64,000 nt of DNA from Macrostomum lignano. Its lineage: Eukaryota. Position 1 is the first letter of the stretch. Every line of letters starts with the position of its first letter. Location of the stretch: contig NIVC01001888.1 of NCBI GenBank assembly GCA_002269645.1, positions 136,021 through 200,020 of the forward strand. The letters run 5' to 3'. This document shows positions 46,701 through 59,198 of this stretch, piece by piece. The notes under the pieces are model-generated. The model made no database searches and had not been told where the DNA came from. It saw only the letters and a program-made list of their open reading frames with translations. The position numbers and the translations under genes are program-made.

Positions 46701-49700
46701 GAAACCCTCCGGTAAGCAATTCCTAGAAACCCTCTGATAAGTACATTCCTAGAAACCCTCCGGTAAGTAATTCCTAGAAACCCTCGGATAAGTACATTCC
46801 TAGAAACCCTCCGGTAATAATTCCTAGAAATCCTCGGATAAGTACATTCCTAGAAACCCTCCGGTAAGTAATTCCTAGAAACCCTCGGATAAGTACATTC
46901 CTAGAAACCCTCCGGTAAGTAATTCCTAGAAACCCTCGGATAAGTACATTCCTAGAAACCCTCCGGTAAGTAATTCCTAGAAACCCTCGGACTGTACGCC
47001 TATTCTTAGACAAAAATCTTAATGCTAGATGCTTAATCTTCAGATTTCGTTTTTTAATGCTCTTCAGCGGACACAAGCAAACGTATTTCAGTGCTGCATA
47101 CTTGTACTTTTAAATCGCAAACAATTTTTAGGGCATAAAAAAGACGCCATGCTATGCCGTGAACATTATGCTATCTGGTTATGTGCCAATCACTACGCCC
47201 CTGCTTAGCCTGGATACTAATGTTACTGTGCGAATACTAATTGGCCAGGTGCAATTCTTCCGGTGAGTATAACCCCTATTCCTGTCATTTTTGCTTGATA
47301 AGATTGTAAGATTCGAGCTTATGAGATTCGACTTTATGAGATTTAAGTTTGTTAGATTCGAGTTTATGAGATTCGAGCTTATGAGATTTGAGTTTGTTAG
47401 ATTCGAGCTTGTGAGATTCGACTTTATGAGATTTAAGTTTGTAAGATTCGAGCTTATGAGATTCGACTTTATGAGATTTAAGTTTGTAAGATTCGAGCTT
47501 ATGAGATTTGAGTTTGTTAGATTCGAGCTTGTGAGATTCTAGTTTATTAGATTTGAGTTTATGAAATTCGAGTTTATGAGATTCGAGCTTATGAGATTCG
47601 AGTTTATGAGATTCGAGCTTATGAGATTTCAAGCTGATATGATTCGAGCTTGTGAGACCCCTGCCCTGTCTAGTGTTTACAAATCAGTTGTGTTTTTAAC
47701 TTCTACTAACAATTTTAGCCTCGCCCTGCCCGAGTTTGCCTACAGCGTTGAACTCGAGATATTCGACTGCACTCCGAAAATCCACTTTGCCGGCTTAGGC
47801 CTCAGAAATGCCAGCGAATCCGGCTGCGCGCTGTTCGCTCTCGTGTCAGCCGGCTCCGTTGCCGACCCTCGCCAGCTGTCAGCAAGATTAACGTCTACTA
47901 AGCGAATATTCGCCGGCCAATTGTCGCCTCTGTCCGATGCCAATTATTTGTCATTGGCTGCTAATAAAGTTCCAGTTAGTGTGACTGTATCGGTGCGCCT
48001 GCACCGGAAATGTCGACCGCCTTCGGCTAACCTGTCGTTATTGGCTACTTCAGCCTCATCCAATTCAGAAACTGCGTGCGAGCTGTACTCGCCAAGTTTA
48101 CAGGTGAAAAATAGTTTTTTTAGTTTCTTATCTTAAGTTTTATCTCCTATGTGCTCAATTTTATATCTTTCATCACTTCCTCAATCTGATCTGATCTTTC
48201 AATTATCTTATACCGAATATTGTTTTCATATGTCTCTTGAACGTTCTTTACATCTTATCTACAGCCCTATCTTCTCTTCATATTATCATTAATCTTCCTC
48301 TTATCGTCTCCCCAATCTTCCCTTTATCTCATCCCCAAACTCGCCTTCATCTCATCCCCAAATCTCGCCTTCATCTCATCCCAAATCTCGCCTTCATCTC
48401 ATCCCCACTCTTCAATGATTCCTTAATCTCATCCCATCATTCTCGCCTAATCATCTCGCCACCGTGACCCCCACCCCACGCAGAACTACATCTATGGCAA
48501 GACGCTGATCGCGCCGTCCAGCCGAGAGGCTGGCGGACGAATTCTGCGCATTTATTCCAGCATCCCCACTGTGATCCCCTTCACTATTCGCGGCCTATTC
48601 GACTCGGTTCGCTACCTGCTAATTGATGTCGAGTCCAAGACTAATCCAGTGTCCTTGGACTTTTGTCTCGGCAGGCGGCTCAGCCTTGGCCTCGAAGAGG
48701 ACGCCAAGTTTTGCGAGATTCGATTTCAAATGCGAAACCATGACAACCAGCTGAGTCGCGTGATGCCGCATCCGCCGGCCGGGGTCTGGTATCTGGCGAT
48801 CGTGAATAAGCTGCTTAACAGGTAAAACTGTCTGCTTATTTTTTATTAGAGATGAAGGGAGAAATAAGTGATAAAGAGAGAGGCAGGAGATAAAGGGAGA
48901 GGCAAAAGATGACAGGAGAGGCAAGAGATGAAAGGAGATGCTATAGATGAAGGGAGAGGCAATAGATGAAGGGAGATGCAATAAATGAAGGGAGAGGCAA
49001 GAGATGAAGGGAGAGGCAAGAGATTAAGGAAAGGGCAAGAGATTAAGGAAAGGGCAAGAGATGAAGGGAGAGGCAAGAGATGAAGGGAGATGCAATAGAT
49101 GAAGGGAGAGGCAAGAGATGAAGGGAGAGGCAAGAGAGTAAGGAAAGGGCAAGAGATTAAGGGAGAGGCAAGAGAGTAAGGAAAGGGCAAGAGATTAAGG
49201 AAAGGGCAAGAGATAAAGGGAGAGGCAAGAGATGAAGGGAGATGCAATAGATGAAGGGAGATGCAATAGATGAAGGGAGAGGCAAGAGATGAAGGGAGAT
49301 GCAATAGATGAAGGGAGAGGCAAGAGATGAAGGGAGAGGCAAGAGATTAAGGAAAGGGCAAGAGATGAAGGGAGAGGCAAGAGATTAAGGAAAGGGCAAG
49401 AGATGAAGGGAGAGGCAAGAGATGAAGGGAGAGGCAAGAGATTAAGGAAAGGGCAAGAGATGAAGGGAGAGGCAAGAGATTAAGGAAAGGGCAAGAGATG
49501 AAGGGAGAGGCAAGCGATTGAAAGCAAGAAAAGCAGAGGGAATTAAAAGATGGGGAAAAGCTGAATCGAGGTAAAGAAGTGCAGCGAACGGGATATGAAG
49601 GTCACATTTAAGTCGAAGATAGAGGAAAGAATTGATAAAGGAAAATTCAGGAAACCTCCGGAACCGTATCTTAGCACCCGTTTGTAACCCGCTCAAACTG

Positions 49701-52700
49701 CAGAGCAGAGATTACCTTAACGATTCGAACCACGGATTGTCCATCAAAATGCTTAAACGGTGGCCAATGTGACAAGCAGTCCATTGCATCGATGACCGTC
49801 CGCATCTGCCGCTGCTACGATGGCTTCGCTGGCGACCTGTGCGAGGCTCGCGTGCCCCGCAGCCCCGATCCGCTGACCTCCCTGCTGCTGCTCTGCCTCA
49901 GCAATGCCGCCTTCCTGCCTACCGTGGCCTTGGCCTTCCGCCGCGGCCTGCTGGTTGAAGCCCTCATCTACTGCGCTGCCATGCTGGCCTCCGCGGTGAG
50001 CCTCCCTCATCTTGGCTCTCCCATCCTGAATCTCCCATCCTGACTCCCCATCCTGACTCCCCATCCTGACTCCCCATCCTGACTCTCCCGTCCTGACTCT
50101 CCCGTCCTGACTCCCCATCCTGACTCCTCTCCATCCTGAGTCCCCATCATGAATTCTCTCCATCCTGACTCCCCATCATGATTCCCCATCCTGACACTTT
50201 CCCATCCTGACTCTCCCATCCTGACTCCCCATCCTGACTCCTCTCCATCCTGACTCCTCTCCCATCCTGACTCCTCTCCCATCCTGACTCCCCATCCTGA
50301 CTCCCCATCCTGACTCTCCCATCCTGACTCCCCATCCTGACTCTCCCATCCTGACTCCCCATCCTGACTCTCTCATCCTGACCCCTCCCATCCTGACTCT
50401 TTCCCATCCTGACTCTCCCATCCTGACTCTCCCATCCTGAATCTCCCATCCTGACTCTCCCATCCTGACTCCCCATCCTGACTCTCCCATCCTGACTCTC
50501 CCATCCTGACTCCCCATCCTAACTCCCCATCATGATTCCTACCCATCCTGACTCTCCATCATGATTCCTCTCCATCCTGACTCCCCATCATGACTCCCCA
50601 TCCTGACTCTCCCATCCTGAATCTTCCATCCTGAATCTCCCATCCTGACTCTCCCATCCTGACTCTCCCATCCTGAATCTCCCATCCTGAATCTCCCATC
50701 CTGAATCTCCCATCCTGACTCCCCATCCTGACTCCCCATCCTGACTCCCCATCCTGACTCCCCATCCTGACTCTCCCATCCTGACTCCCCATCCTGACTC
50801 CCCATCCTGACTCCCCATCCTGACTCTCCCATCCTGACTCCCCATCCTGACTCCCCATCCTGACTCCCCATCCTGACTCTCCCATCCTGAATCTCCCATC
50901 CTGAATCTCCCATCCTGACTCCCCATCCTGAATCTCCCATCCTGACTCCCCATCCTGACTCCCCATCCTGACTCCCCATCCTGACTCTCCCATCCTGAAT
51001 CTCCCATCCTGAATCTCCCATCCTGACTCCCCATCCTGACTCCCCATCCTGACTCCTACCCATTCTGACTCCTCCCCATCCTGACTCCTCCCCATCCTGA
51101 CTCCTCATCATGACTCCTATTCTGACTCCAATCCTGTCTCCCGCATCCAAAATCTTCCATCTTGACTCTCTCCTCTTGACTCCCTCTCTGACACTCCCTG
51201 ACCCTGACTCTTCCACCTCGTAACTAATCCTCATTGACCCTTACTGTCCCTGACCCTCAATCTGCCCCTCATCTCCATCTTGAACCGCATCTCCCTGGCA
51301 TTACCAGTTTTACCACGCCTGCGACAACAACTACGTGAATCAGCTGTGCGTCTTCCAATTCGATACTCTTGGCAAGCTGGACTTTCTCGGCGCTTTTCTC
51401 AGCCTATGGGTTACTCTACTCCTACTGGTGGACCTGACGCCGCAGTTGAAACAGCTGGCGCAAACTGCCGGCTCGCTGTTCCTAATGATTGGCGTGCTGA
51501 TCAATCGGACTAGCTTTGTTATAATTGCTGTCCCGCTGGGTGTCGGCTTTGCGGCGCTAATCCTGTCCTGGGTGAGGGCTGTGCCGCAGATTATCTCATT
51601 ATTTGCTCAGTTATGATTATCAAGTGAAAAGTATTAGTTAAACGAAATCGGAGCACTACTCTAGAGCATAGATCCTTTATTCTCTAGATCAGCAATACCA
51701 TTGAGCTCAACGCAGCAATGAAAAAATCCGCGACATCAAAAACTTTTCAGTAGTGTGAACGCGCATGGTTGCTATTTTTTGTTTATGAAAGAGACAAGTG
51801 AAGCAACAGCTGCATCAAGCGTTGCGCTGTTGTCAAATGAGTAGTGAAGAAGATGACTGATTTCGCTTAGTTGACTTTAAACCCGCGGAACACACTCCCC
51901 CCGTTCCTCACCCATGGACACGCGTTCCTCACCCATGGACATGCGTTCCTCACCCATGGACACACGTTCCTCACCCATGGACACACGTTCCTCACCCATG
52001 GACACACGTTCCTCACCCTCGGACACACGTTCCTCACCCATGGACACACGTTCCTCACCCATGGACACACGTTCCTCACCCATGGACACACGTTCCTCAC
52101 CCTTGGACACATGTTCCTCACCCATGGACACACGTTCCTCACCCTTGGACACACGTTCCTCACCCATGGACACGCGTTCCTCACCCATGGACACACGTTC
52201 CTCACCCATGGACACACGTTCCTCACCCATGGACACACGTTTCTCACCCATGGACACACGTTCCTCACCCATGGACATACGTTCCTTACCTATGGACATA
52301 CGTTCCTCACCCATAGACACACGTTCCTCACCCTTGGACACACGTTCCTCACCCTTGGACACACGTTCCTCATGCACCCATGGACACACGTTCCTCACCC
52401 ATGGACACATGTTCCTCACCTATGGACACACGTTCCTCACCCATGGACACACGTTCCTCACCCATGGACACACGTTCCTCACCCATGGACATACGTTCCT
52501 TACCTATGGACATACGTTCCTCACCCATAGACACACGTTCCTCACCCTTGGACACACGTTCCTCACCCTTGGACACACGTTCCTCACCCTTGGACACACG
52601 TTCCTCACCCATGGACACATGTTCCTCACCTATGGACACACGTTCTTCACCCATGGACACACGTTCCTCACCCGCAGACACACGTTCCTTACCTATGGAC

Positions 52701-53755
52701 ACACGTTCTTCACCCATGGACACACGTTCCTCACCCGCAGACACACGTTCCTTACCCATGGACACACGTTCCTCACCCTTGGACACACGTTCCTCACCCA
52801 TGGACACATGTTCCTCACCTATGGACACACGTTCCTCACCCTTGGACACACGTTCCTCACCCGCAGACACACGTTCCTTACCTATGGACACACGTTCCTC
52901 ACCCTTGGACACACGTTCCTCACCCATGGACACATGTTCCTCACCTATGGACACACGTTCTTCACCCATGGACACACGTTCCTCACCCGCAGACACACGT
53001 TCCTTACCTATGGACACACGTTCCTCACCCTTGGACACACGTTCCTCACCCATGGACACACGTTCCTCACCTATGGACACACGTTCTTCACCCTTGGACA
53101 CACGTTCCTCACCCATGGACACACGTTCCTCACCCATGGACACGTTCCCCACCCATGGACACGTTCCTCACCCATGGACACACGTTCCTTACCCATGGAT
53201 TGTCTGAAGTTTGCTACAGTATAACTTGCAATGCAAAATTTTGACTAAGTTTTTTGATTTTCGATTTTTTATTTGAATAAGTTTTAAATTTTTATTTTTT
53301 ATTTATTTCTGAATTGACATCACTTTGATTCGATAATTATTTAGACCTGCCGTTGCTACACAAACAAGCGCTGCTATCCGCCGCGGCGGCTCATTCTAAC
53401 CAGCCTGCTTCCTGGCGGCTGCCTCGCCCTAGCCGGATTCGCCATGTTCGCCCTGCTGAACACGCAGTCCAATTACTATTTAGTGCACTCCGGCTGGCAC
53501 TGCTGCGCAGCATTTGCTATTCTTTTGTTTCTAATACCGCTCGATCGGGTCCGGTTTCTACCGCGCAACCGCGTTGATGCCGCTTCGCCGTTCGAATCTG
53601 GCGACGCTGGCGCCGTTCGAAACTGCGGCATCGATCGCTGCTTCGTCTTGACCAGCCGCGGCGTCGGCAACGGCGACCAGTGTTGCCAAGATTCCAATGT
53701 ACACGGTACACCAAATTTGGTCAACTACAGGATGTCTCGGGTGCACGTAATCTGA
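43785..53755 (+). CDS. TMEM8: TMEM8/PGAP6-family protein (EGF-like domain + multi-pass CREST domain); exons 43785-44024, 47132-47262, 47719-48103, 48484-48821, 49704-49995, 51308-51571, 53345-53755
   Basis: PHPPAGVWYLAI, EGF-like CLNGGQC...CRCYDGFAGDLC, LLLCLSNAAFLP, FYHACD and HSGWH. All GT-AG junctions are phase-consistent. The true start or an upstream exon is uncertain, and the C-terminal tail is replaced after 53679. Confidence 0.85.
44385..44815. repeat. About 26-bp minisatellite (ataagcatattcctagaaacctcccg); related array at 46590-46990
   Basis: Direct periodicity. Both arrays have the same orientation and are split by a TIR element. Confidence 0.9.
44835..46577. mobile_element. Non-autonomous element with near-perfect TIRs of about 390 bp, in a TMEM8 intron
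   Basis: 44835-45223 and 46186-46577 are near-identical inverted copies. No TSD or transposase found. Confidence 0.85.
47305..47630. repeat. 15-bp intronic minisatellite (gattcgagcttatga)
   Basis: Direct periodicity. Confidence 0.9.
48850..49512. repeat. Purine-rich intronic repeat of about 19-20 bp (gagatgaagggagaggcaa); mirrored at 63880-64000
   Basis: Direct periodicity. Confidence 0.9.
50025..51130. repeat. 12-13-bp intronic repeat (catcctgactccc); mirrored and longer at 61170-63375
   Basis: Direct periodicity. Confidence 0.95.
51905..53195. repeat. 21-bp intronic minisatellite (cacccatggacacacgttcct); mirrored and shorter at 59992-60382
   Basis: Direct periodicity. Confidence 0.95.
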
Positions 53756-53981
53756 CTCATCCGGAAATTTAAATAGATCGGTTAAAACACTTTAAAGCAA
53801 GTTAAGCACATGCAGGTACGCATGTGTTTTGTCGTTCTTCCATTATAGTTTGTTCGCACATCCTTTCGGAGCCTATCAATTAATGCATATTATATTATTC
53901 TCACTTGTTACCGAAGTGGCTGTTACCGAAATGGCTGTTAACGAAGTGGACTGTTACCCTATATGGCTATAGCATCACTAG

Positions 53982-54589
53982 TATTGGTTTTTGCATGCTG
54001 AGTGAGACATTTTTCAAGCAGTCTGAGACTGAATAGCAAAAACACTATTGTCTATGGCCACCCCTCGCTGCAGCCCAGCTTTTTGGGATCGCCTTGCAAG
54101 CAAAGTGAGAAATTTTTTCAAGCTAAGTGAGAACCATATTGAAAACAAAGGCTGGGCTATGACAAATCAACTGCGTTTAACAAGCAACGAGCTTGGAAGA
54201 GAATCGCTGCATGTCATTCATTACTCCGCACAAGATCGCAGGCTGGGAGCTCCACTGCACTCGAAAGTTTGCTCAGTGTATCAACATGCAACCCTTTATT
54301 TGAACGCTTATAACATTATCAACAATTTTTGTACCGCTTGTTTTGTTGTGTTCCTGCGTATCCTTTTCTAAATATATAGTTTCCGACAGTACATCATTTT
54401 GTAATTTCGTAAAACCACCCCTTTGTTTTCAATATGGTTCTCACTTGGCTTGGGGGAATTTCTCACTTTGCTTGCAAGGCGATCCCAAAAAGCTGGGCTG
54501 CAGCGAGGGGTGGCCATAGACAGTAGTGTTTTTGCTATTCAGTCTCAGATTGCTTGAGGGGTGTCTCACTTGGCATGCAAAAACCAATA
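53982..54589. mobile_element. MITE with TIRs of about 170 bp
   Basis: 53982-54150 and 54420-54589 are inverted copies. No TSD found. Confidence 0.85.
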
Positions 54590-55337
54590 TTTTAGAATCT
54601 AGTGCATAGAATGTATAGTATTTACTTTGAGATTTCTTCAATGTATCATGTAGATGTATGAAACATTTTTTTGGTAAATATACATGTAGCATGTAATAGG
54701 CCTAGGCCTAGCAACCTAGCCCAGGCCCTAGACCTGTTTTAATTAGTATAGTAACTAGGCTCAATGAACAAACCTTAGTTTTAAATGGTCTAAGGCAATC
54801 AAAAGTTAGAAAAGGTAAATTGTCCAAGCTTTAAGACAATCAGAAATTAGAAAAGGTAAAAAATATGATTGTCACTGTCAATTATATTCTAGGTCAAGAT
54901 CTTTAAAACTCTTACACAATATTATCTAAGTCTGGATTTATCTTTAGGCTATCCCGTCAATGGTTATCATATACTATGACCTTACAATGGTAAATTATAA
55001 TTAATCATGATAAATGGGTAATGACTTTCATAAAAATATGCCCTGTAGGCAATGTAATGTGAAGTGAAGTGTTGTTGTCATATATAATTTTGCGATACAA
55101 AAGTACAAAATTTAAATAAACGCTATTGATTTCAACATAATAGTCAGAAAAGAACCATATTTAATCAGATTAAGCTAACGATTCACTTTGCTAACAATGT
55201 TTTTTAATTTAAAATACAGGATATTATTTCAATCAACTCATTTAACGCTAATACTATGTGAACTTGCATGGCTACGAAGTTTAAGATAATTCTAGAAATG
55301 TCATTGCCCAAAATTTCTCCTCATGACAATGACCCAT

Positions 55338-55357
55338 GGCAATGGCCGGCCATTGCC
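55338..55357. other. Perfect 20-bp palindrome GGCAATGGCC|GGCCATTGCC downstream of the recombinase gene
   Basis: Direct observation. Degenerate half-sites also occur near 55301 and 55325. Confidence 0.9.
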
Positions 55358-55582
55358 TAGAATTCCAATTTCAATGCAACCAATTAATTCAAGCCAGTTT
55401 TTATCCAGCATCTTGCAAAGCGGATCTTGCATCAGTCAATTCAAAACGTTTAATTTAAGATGTAAATAATTAAACTGGCACAGTCATTAAATAAAAAATA
55501 TTAAACTAGACTGTCGTTCTTATTCTTTCAGTAATTCTACGAGTACAATTTGCTAATTCCTGTAGAAGTAAAGATTGCATGC

Positions 55583-57066
55583 CTAATTAAAGGAACATCC
55601 GTGAAAGGTGCAATTGTTGAAGGCAAACTTCGTACCAACAGAATAGGCAGCTTCAGTGCTAACACTAACCTCCGTCGATACTGCAGTCTCACCGACGATC
55701 TCAACAGCATCAGCATGTTCGGGTGGCCCAGCTTCTTGCTCTAGATCATGACGATTCATGTGAACAGACTCACTCGTCTTTTGAAGCGACCGGTCGCGAC
55801 GCTTGGCCAGGTACCTCCTAGTCTTTCGCTCGCTCAGCTGTCCAGTAATGCTCATTATATCGCTCATGCTGTGCCCTGCCGCCTCGAGATCGCATATTCG
55901 CGTGACCCTGTTTTAGAGTGCAAATTTATATAGTTGGATTCATGAGTAATTGGTAACATAACATGTATCATAACATAATTAAAGTTACTATTATTAATTT
56001 ATCAGTCTTACCGAATGCAATGATTCGTGTAGGTCTTCGCAAGTCCCACCTTCGTACTCAAGTTTCTCATGAAGCCACTCAGATAATTCTCTCCACGGTT
56101 CTGCTTCGAGGAGAAAACAGGGCCTCCATCGTTGCGGCTGGCCAAAGGACGAGGAAACAGATTGTTGTCCTTCGTTGTAACTGGAAGCAGCTTGAGGTAT
56201 TTCTCCACCTTTTCCACGTCGTAAATTCTGGCCTGCTTGTTGTCCGGCTGCTTCTTGGCCTTCTCTGGATCTGCTGACTTATTTTTCGAGGGCAACGGAG
56301 GCAGACAGTAGTACGGCTTTCCATCAGAGTCGACGTGCAATTGAAGTGAGCTTCTATCCTTCAAGAACTTGAGGTGCTCCTGGCCTCGCTCGCCAAAGCT
56401 GTATATGATGTAGAATAAGAATTTGTCCTGCTCAACTTCAGCTGTGCTGCCTTGGAAGTAGATCATCAGCTTCCTCATGTCCCCCTCCTCGATTGGCTCA
56501 AACTGCTGCGTCCTCCCACCACTCCGGTGAAAGTCTCGAACCTTCACACGCAGCATGCTATTTTCAGAAGAAAAGTCTTCTCCATTGATGATGTCAACGG
56601 TTAGCTTCTCGATCATTCGCAAATAGCGCTGCAGTCCAGCCCTGATGCACACCAGCGATGCGGGAGAGTAGGGTTCGCCGTCAATCTTCTTCAGTTTAAA
56701 GTAGAAGTAGCGAATGTATTGGTTGAGCACCGAATTCGGAATGGTTTGTAAATTGCGCTGAAGATTTTCCTCTGTGAGGAATGTCCTGAACCGCTGTCCA
56801 TGGCTGATCATGTGCTTCCTGCTGTCTGCTGGTAGGCTGACAATCTCGGCGATGTCCATGGCGCTGATATCTACGCCGCCTTCCTGCAGGAGCGGCAGAT
56901 GCTCATCGGGCTCGGGCTCCTTTTGAATGAATTCGAGAAATCTAGCGAACTCGTCGTCCCTTCTGTCATTGTAAGAAGCCTCCGAAACAAAATTCAATTC
57001 GTCCTTGGTCACGTTGCCCAGCTCACTGCAGGGCAAATGCTTCCAATTAATGAGCGGTGCCTCCAT
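55583..57066 (-). CDS. Crypton/DUF3504-type tyrosine recombinase, 459 aa; exons 57066-56012 and 55907-55583
   Basis: GEPYSPASL, FGERGQE (R), SKNK (K), YTNHCIR (HxxR), ITGQ (H to Q), RRY (Y) and a C-terminal FNNCTF motif. A 104-bp GT-AG intron restores the frame, and no stops were seen. Confidence 0.85.
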
Positions 57067-57322
57067 CTCTGCAGCCGTCCGCTTTTCTCTATCTGAGATT
57101 TGACCTCTAGACACGCAAATATTTATATTTGTAATTAATTTAGGGGTGGGTGCAGAGTAAGGGGTGGGTGATTTCAGGTGCGCGACTTAAAGGTGAGACA
57201 TAGGCGAGGTGGAGGTAACCTTATCTCAAACCCCCTTAGCAGCATCGACTGATAAGAATTCACGATAGTGTACATAAAGTGCGTAGATTACGTAAGAGTT
57301 TTGAAATTTTAAGCAATGATGC

Positions 57323-57419
57323 TCATCGGAAGTCAGAGTTTAAGGCAATGGCCTTTGACACGAGCGGCGGTAGCAAGGCCATGTCAAAGGCCATTGCCTT
57401 AAACTCTGACTTCCGATGA
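57323..57419. other. Perfect 38-bp inverted repeat with 21-bp spacer upstream of the recombinase gene
   Basis: tcatcggaagtcagagtttaaggcaatggcctttgaca (57323-57360) and its exact reverse complement (57382-57419). Confidence 0.95.
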
Positions 57420-58187
57420 ACCCTCCATTGCATGATATGGCAAATGTAAAGGAGAATTTAAAAACTTTACAGAAGTCTACTCAACAAAATGGCATTACAG
57501 ATAGCATGATTTATGCAAGCACCACTGTAGTATTAGACGGAAAACTCTAAGATCGTTTTACTTTTTGGAGGCCACTTTCATGGAAAATTTTCCAAGATTG
57601 CCCTTGAGGAGATAGAAAAAAATGATTTTCTCATTAGAAAATCAATGCTTGCATTTGATCTGGGGCAGCGAGGATTACATTTTCTTTAATTTAGCATGCA
57701 CCTCGTATTAATCTGTTATATTTTATGTAGGTTTTATGTACATGTAGTCAAGGATTTATTTTCATATTGTCTTCTTTTTATTTCATAAGCCCAAGCCATG
57801 CATGTGTTACATGTGTTGAAACGCAATAGAGACAAAATTATTTAAGAACATTTGACAAACCAATTAACCAAGTTACGAAAAGCAGACAAACAGCCGCGTG
57901 TTCGACGTATTAAAAGCGAATGCGACTGCAACATCTGTGACAAAGACGAATATAGAATATTTTTTGTAGCACCAGAGTAAAACTAAACAAAGACAAACAA
58001 AGACAAACAAAGAATTTGCGGAGCAAAGAGCTAGGAGACTTCTGTTCAAACCTCGAAGCACAGCAAGAGTGATAAAATAAACAGGGCTGACTTGTCATGT
58101 TTGATTGCAAATCGCCCGTATAGTTCATGCTTGGATCGTGACCATTCGCTGTATAATAGTAATTATAGGTTGCTGGATAAAATAAAG

Positions 58188-59093
58188 GTTCTTAGACACC
58201 CCTTCCATCTCTGCATCTGTTCAATCGATTTCTGTAAAAATTTACACAAACATGGGCCAATATGTAATGAATTCAGTGCTAATGTTTCAGCTTAATCGGG
58301 TTGACAGAGCAAAAGCAATCGATCATCTACTGAGGAACCCACGAAATTAGCAATACGATTTTTGAAGAGCATCGAATCTGGACTCCAGTGGTGACATTGC
58401 AGCTCCAAAATATCACTGCTCCCGCTGAGTATTGATTTAATACTAATGCAAGCTGTGAAGGTTTAGTCATGGATTAAAGAGAAAAAAGAACAAAGCAGTA
58501 AGCAGCATAGCCAGAGTGCGCAGAGATTCAGACGCTGAGACGCGGAACCAGCCTCAGATGGTTTAACAGCAAAAGAGTCGCCGACACGAAGTCTGCTTGC
58601 AACAAAGGGCGGCAATTTCAGCTCTGGGAGACGAGTTCAATCTGAGCAGATTCAGCACACAGGATGATTCCAAGAGGCCAGCGGTTCGCCAGCTTCCCCT
58701 GAGCTGCAAGCGGCTGCGGAGGGGCTGATCAGAGCGACACCTAAGGATATGTGGCCGGCGTGGATTGAGGATGAGAACTGAGGAGTTGCCGATGCGATAT
58801 GACAAGTGCATTCGACGGAATGAAGATTCTTCTGAAGATTTTCACGATTGGTGATCTGTATTTTAAGCTCTGGAACTTGTCAGTTTGAAGTTTGAACTGT
58901 TTGCTCGTTAACTGTTACATTTTGTTGAGTTTAAAATCGTATTGCTAATTTCGTAGGTCCCTCAATAAATGATCGATTGCTTTTGCTCTGTAAACCCTCA
59001 GCACTGAATTCATTACATATTGGTCAATGTTTTGTGTAAATTTTTACAAAAATCGATTGAACAGATGCAGAGACAGGAGGGGTGTCTAAGAAC
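58188..59093. mobile_element. Non-autonomous element with imperfect TIRs of about 170 bp
   Basis: 58188-58363 and 58933-59093 are inverted copies. No TSD found. Confidence 0.8.
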
Positions 59094-59198
59094 TTACTAA
59101 GGACGTACTAAGGTTTAAGGTATATATATCTGGTGAGAAGTTTTCTTGAGAATCTTTTTAATCAGCAGCTGCTCATGCAAGCGGCAGTCAGACAGTGA

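Noticed and set aside
50007-53224. MGSQDGES, HGHTFLT and MDTRSSP repeat ORFs (also 59914-63426)
   Set aside because: Intronic VNTRs whose lengths differ between the duplicate arms.
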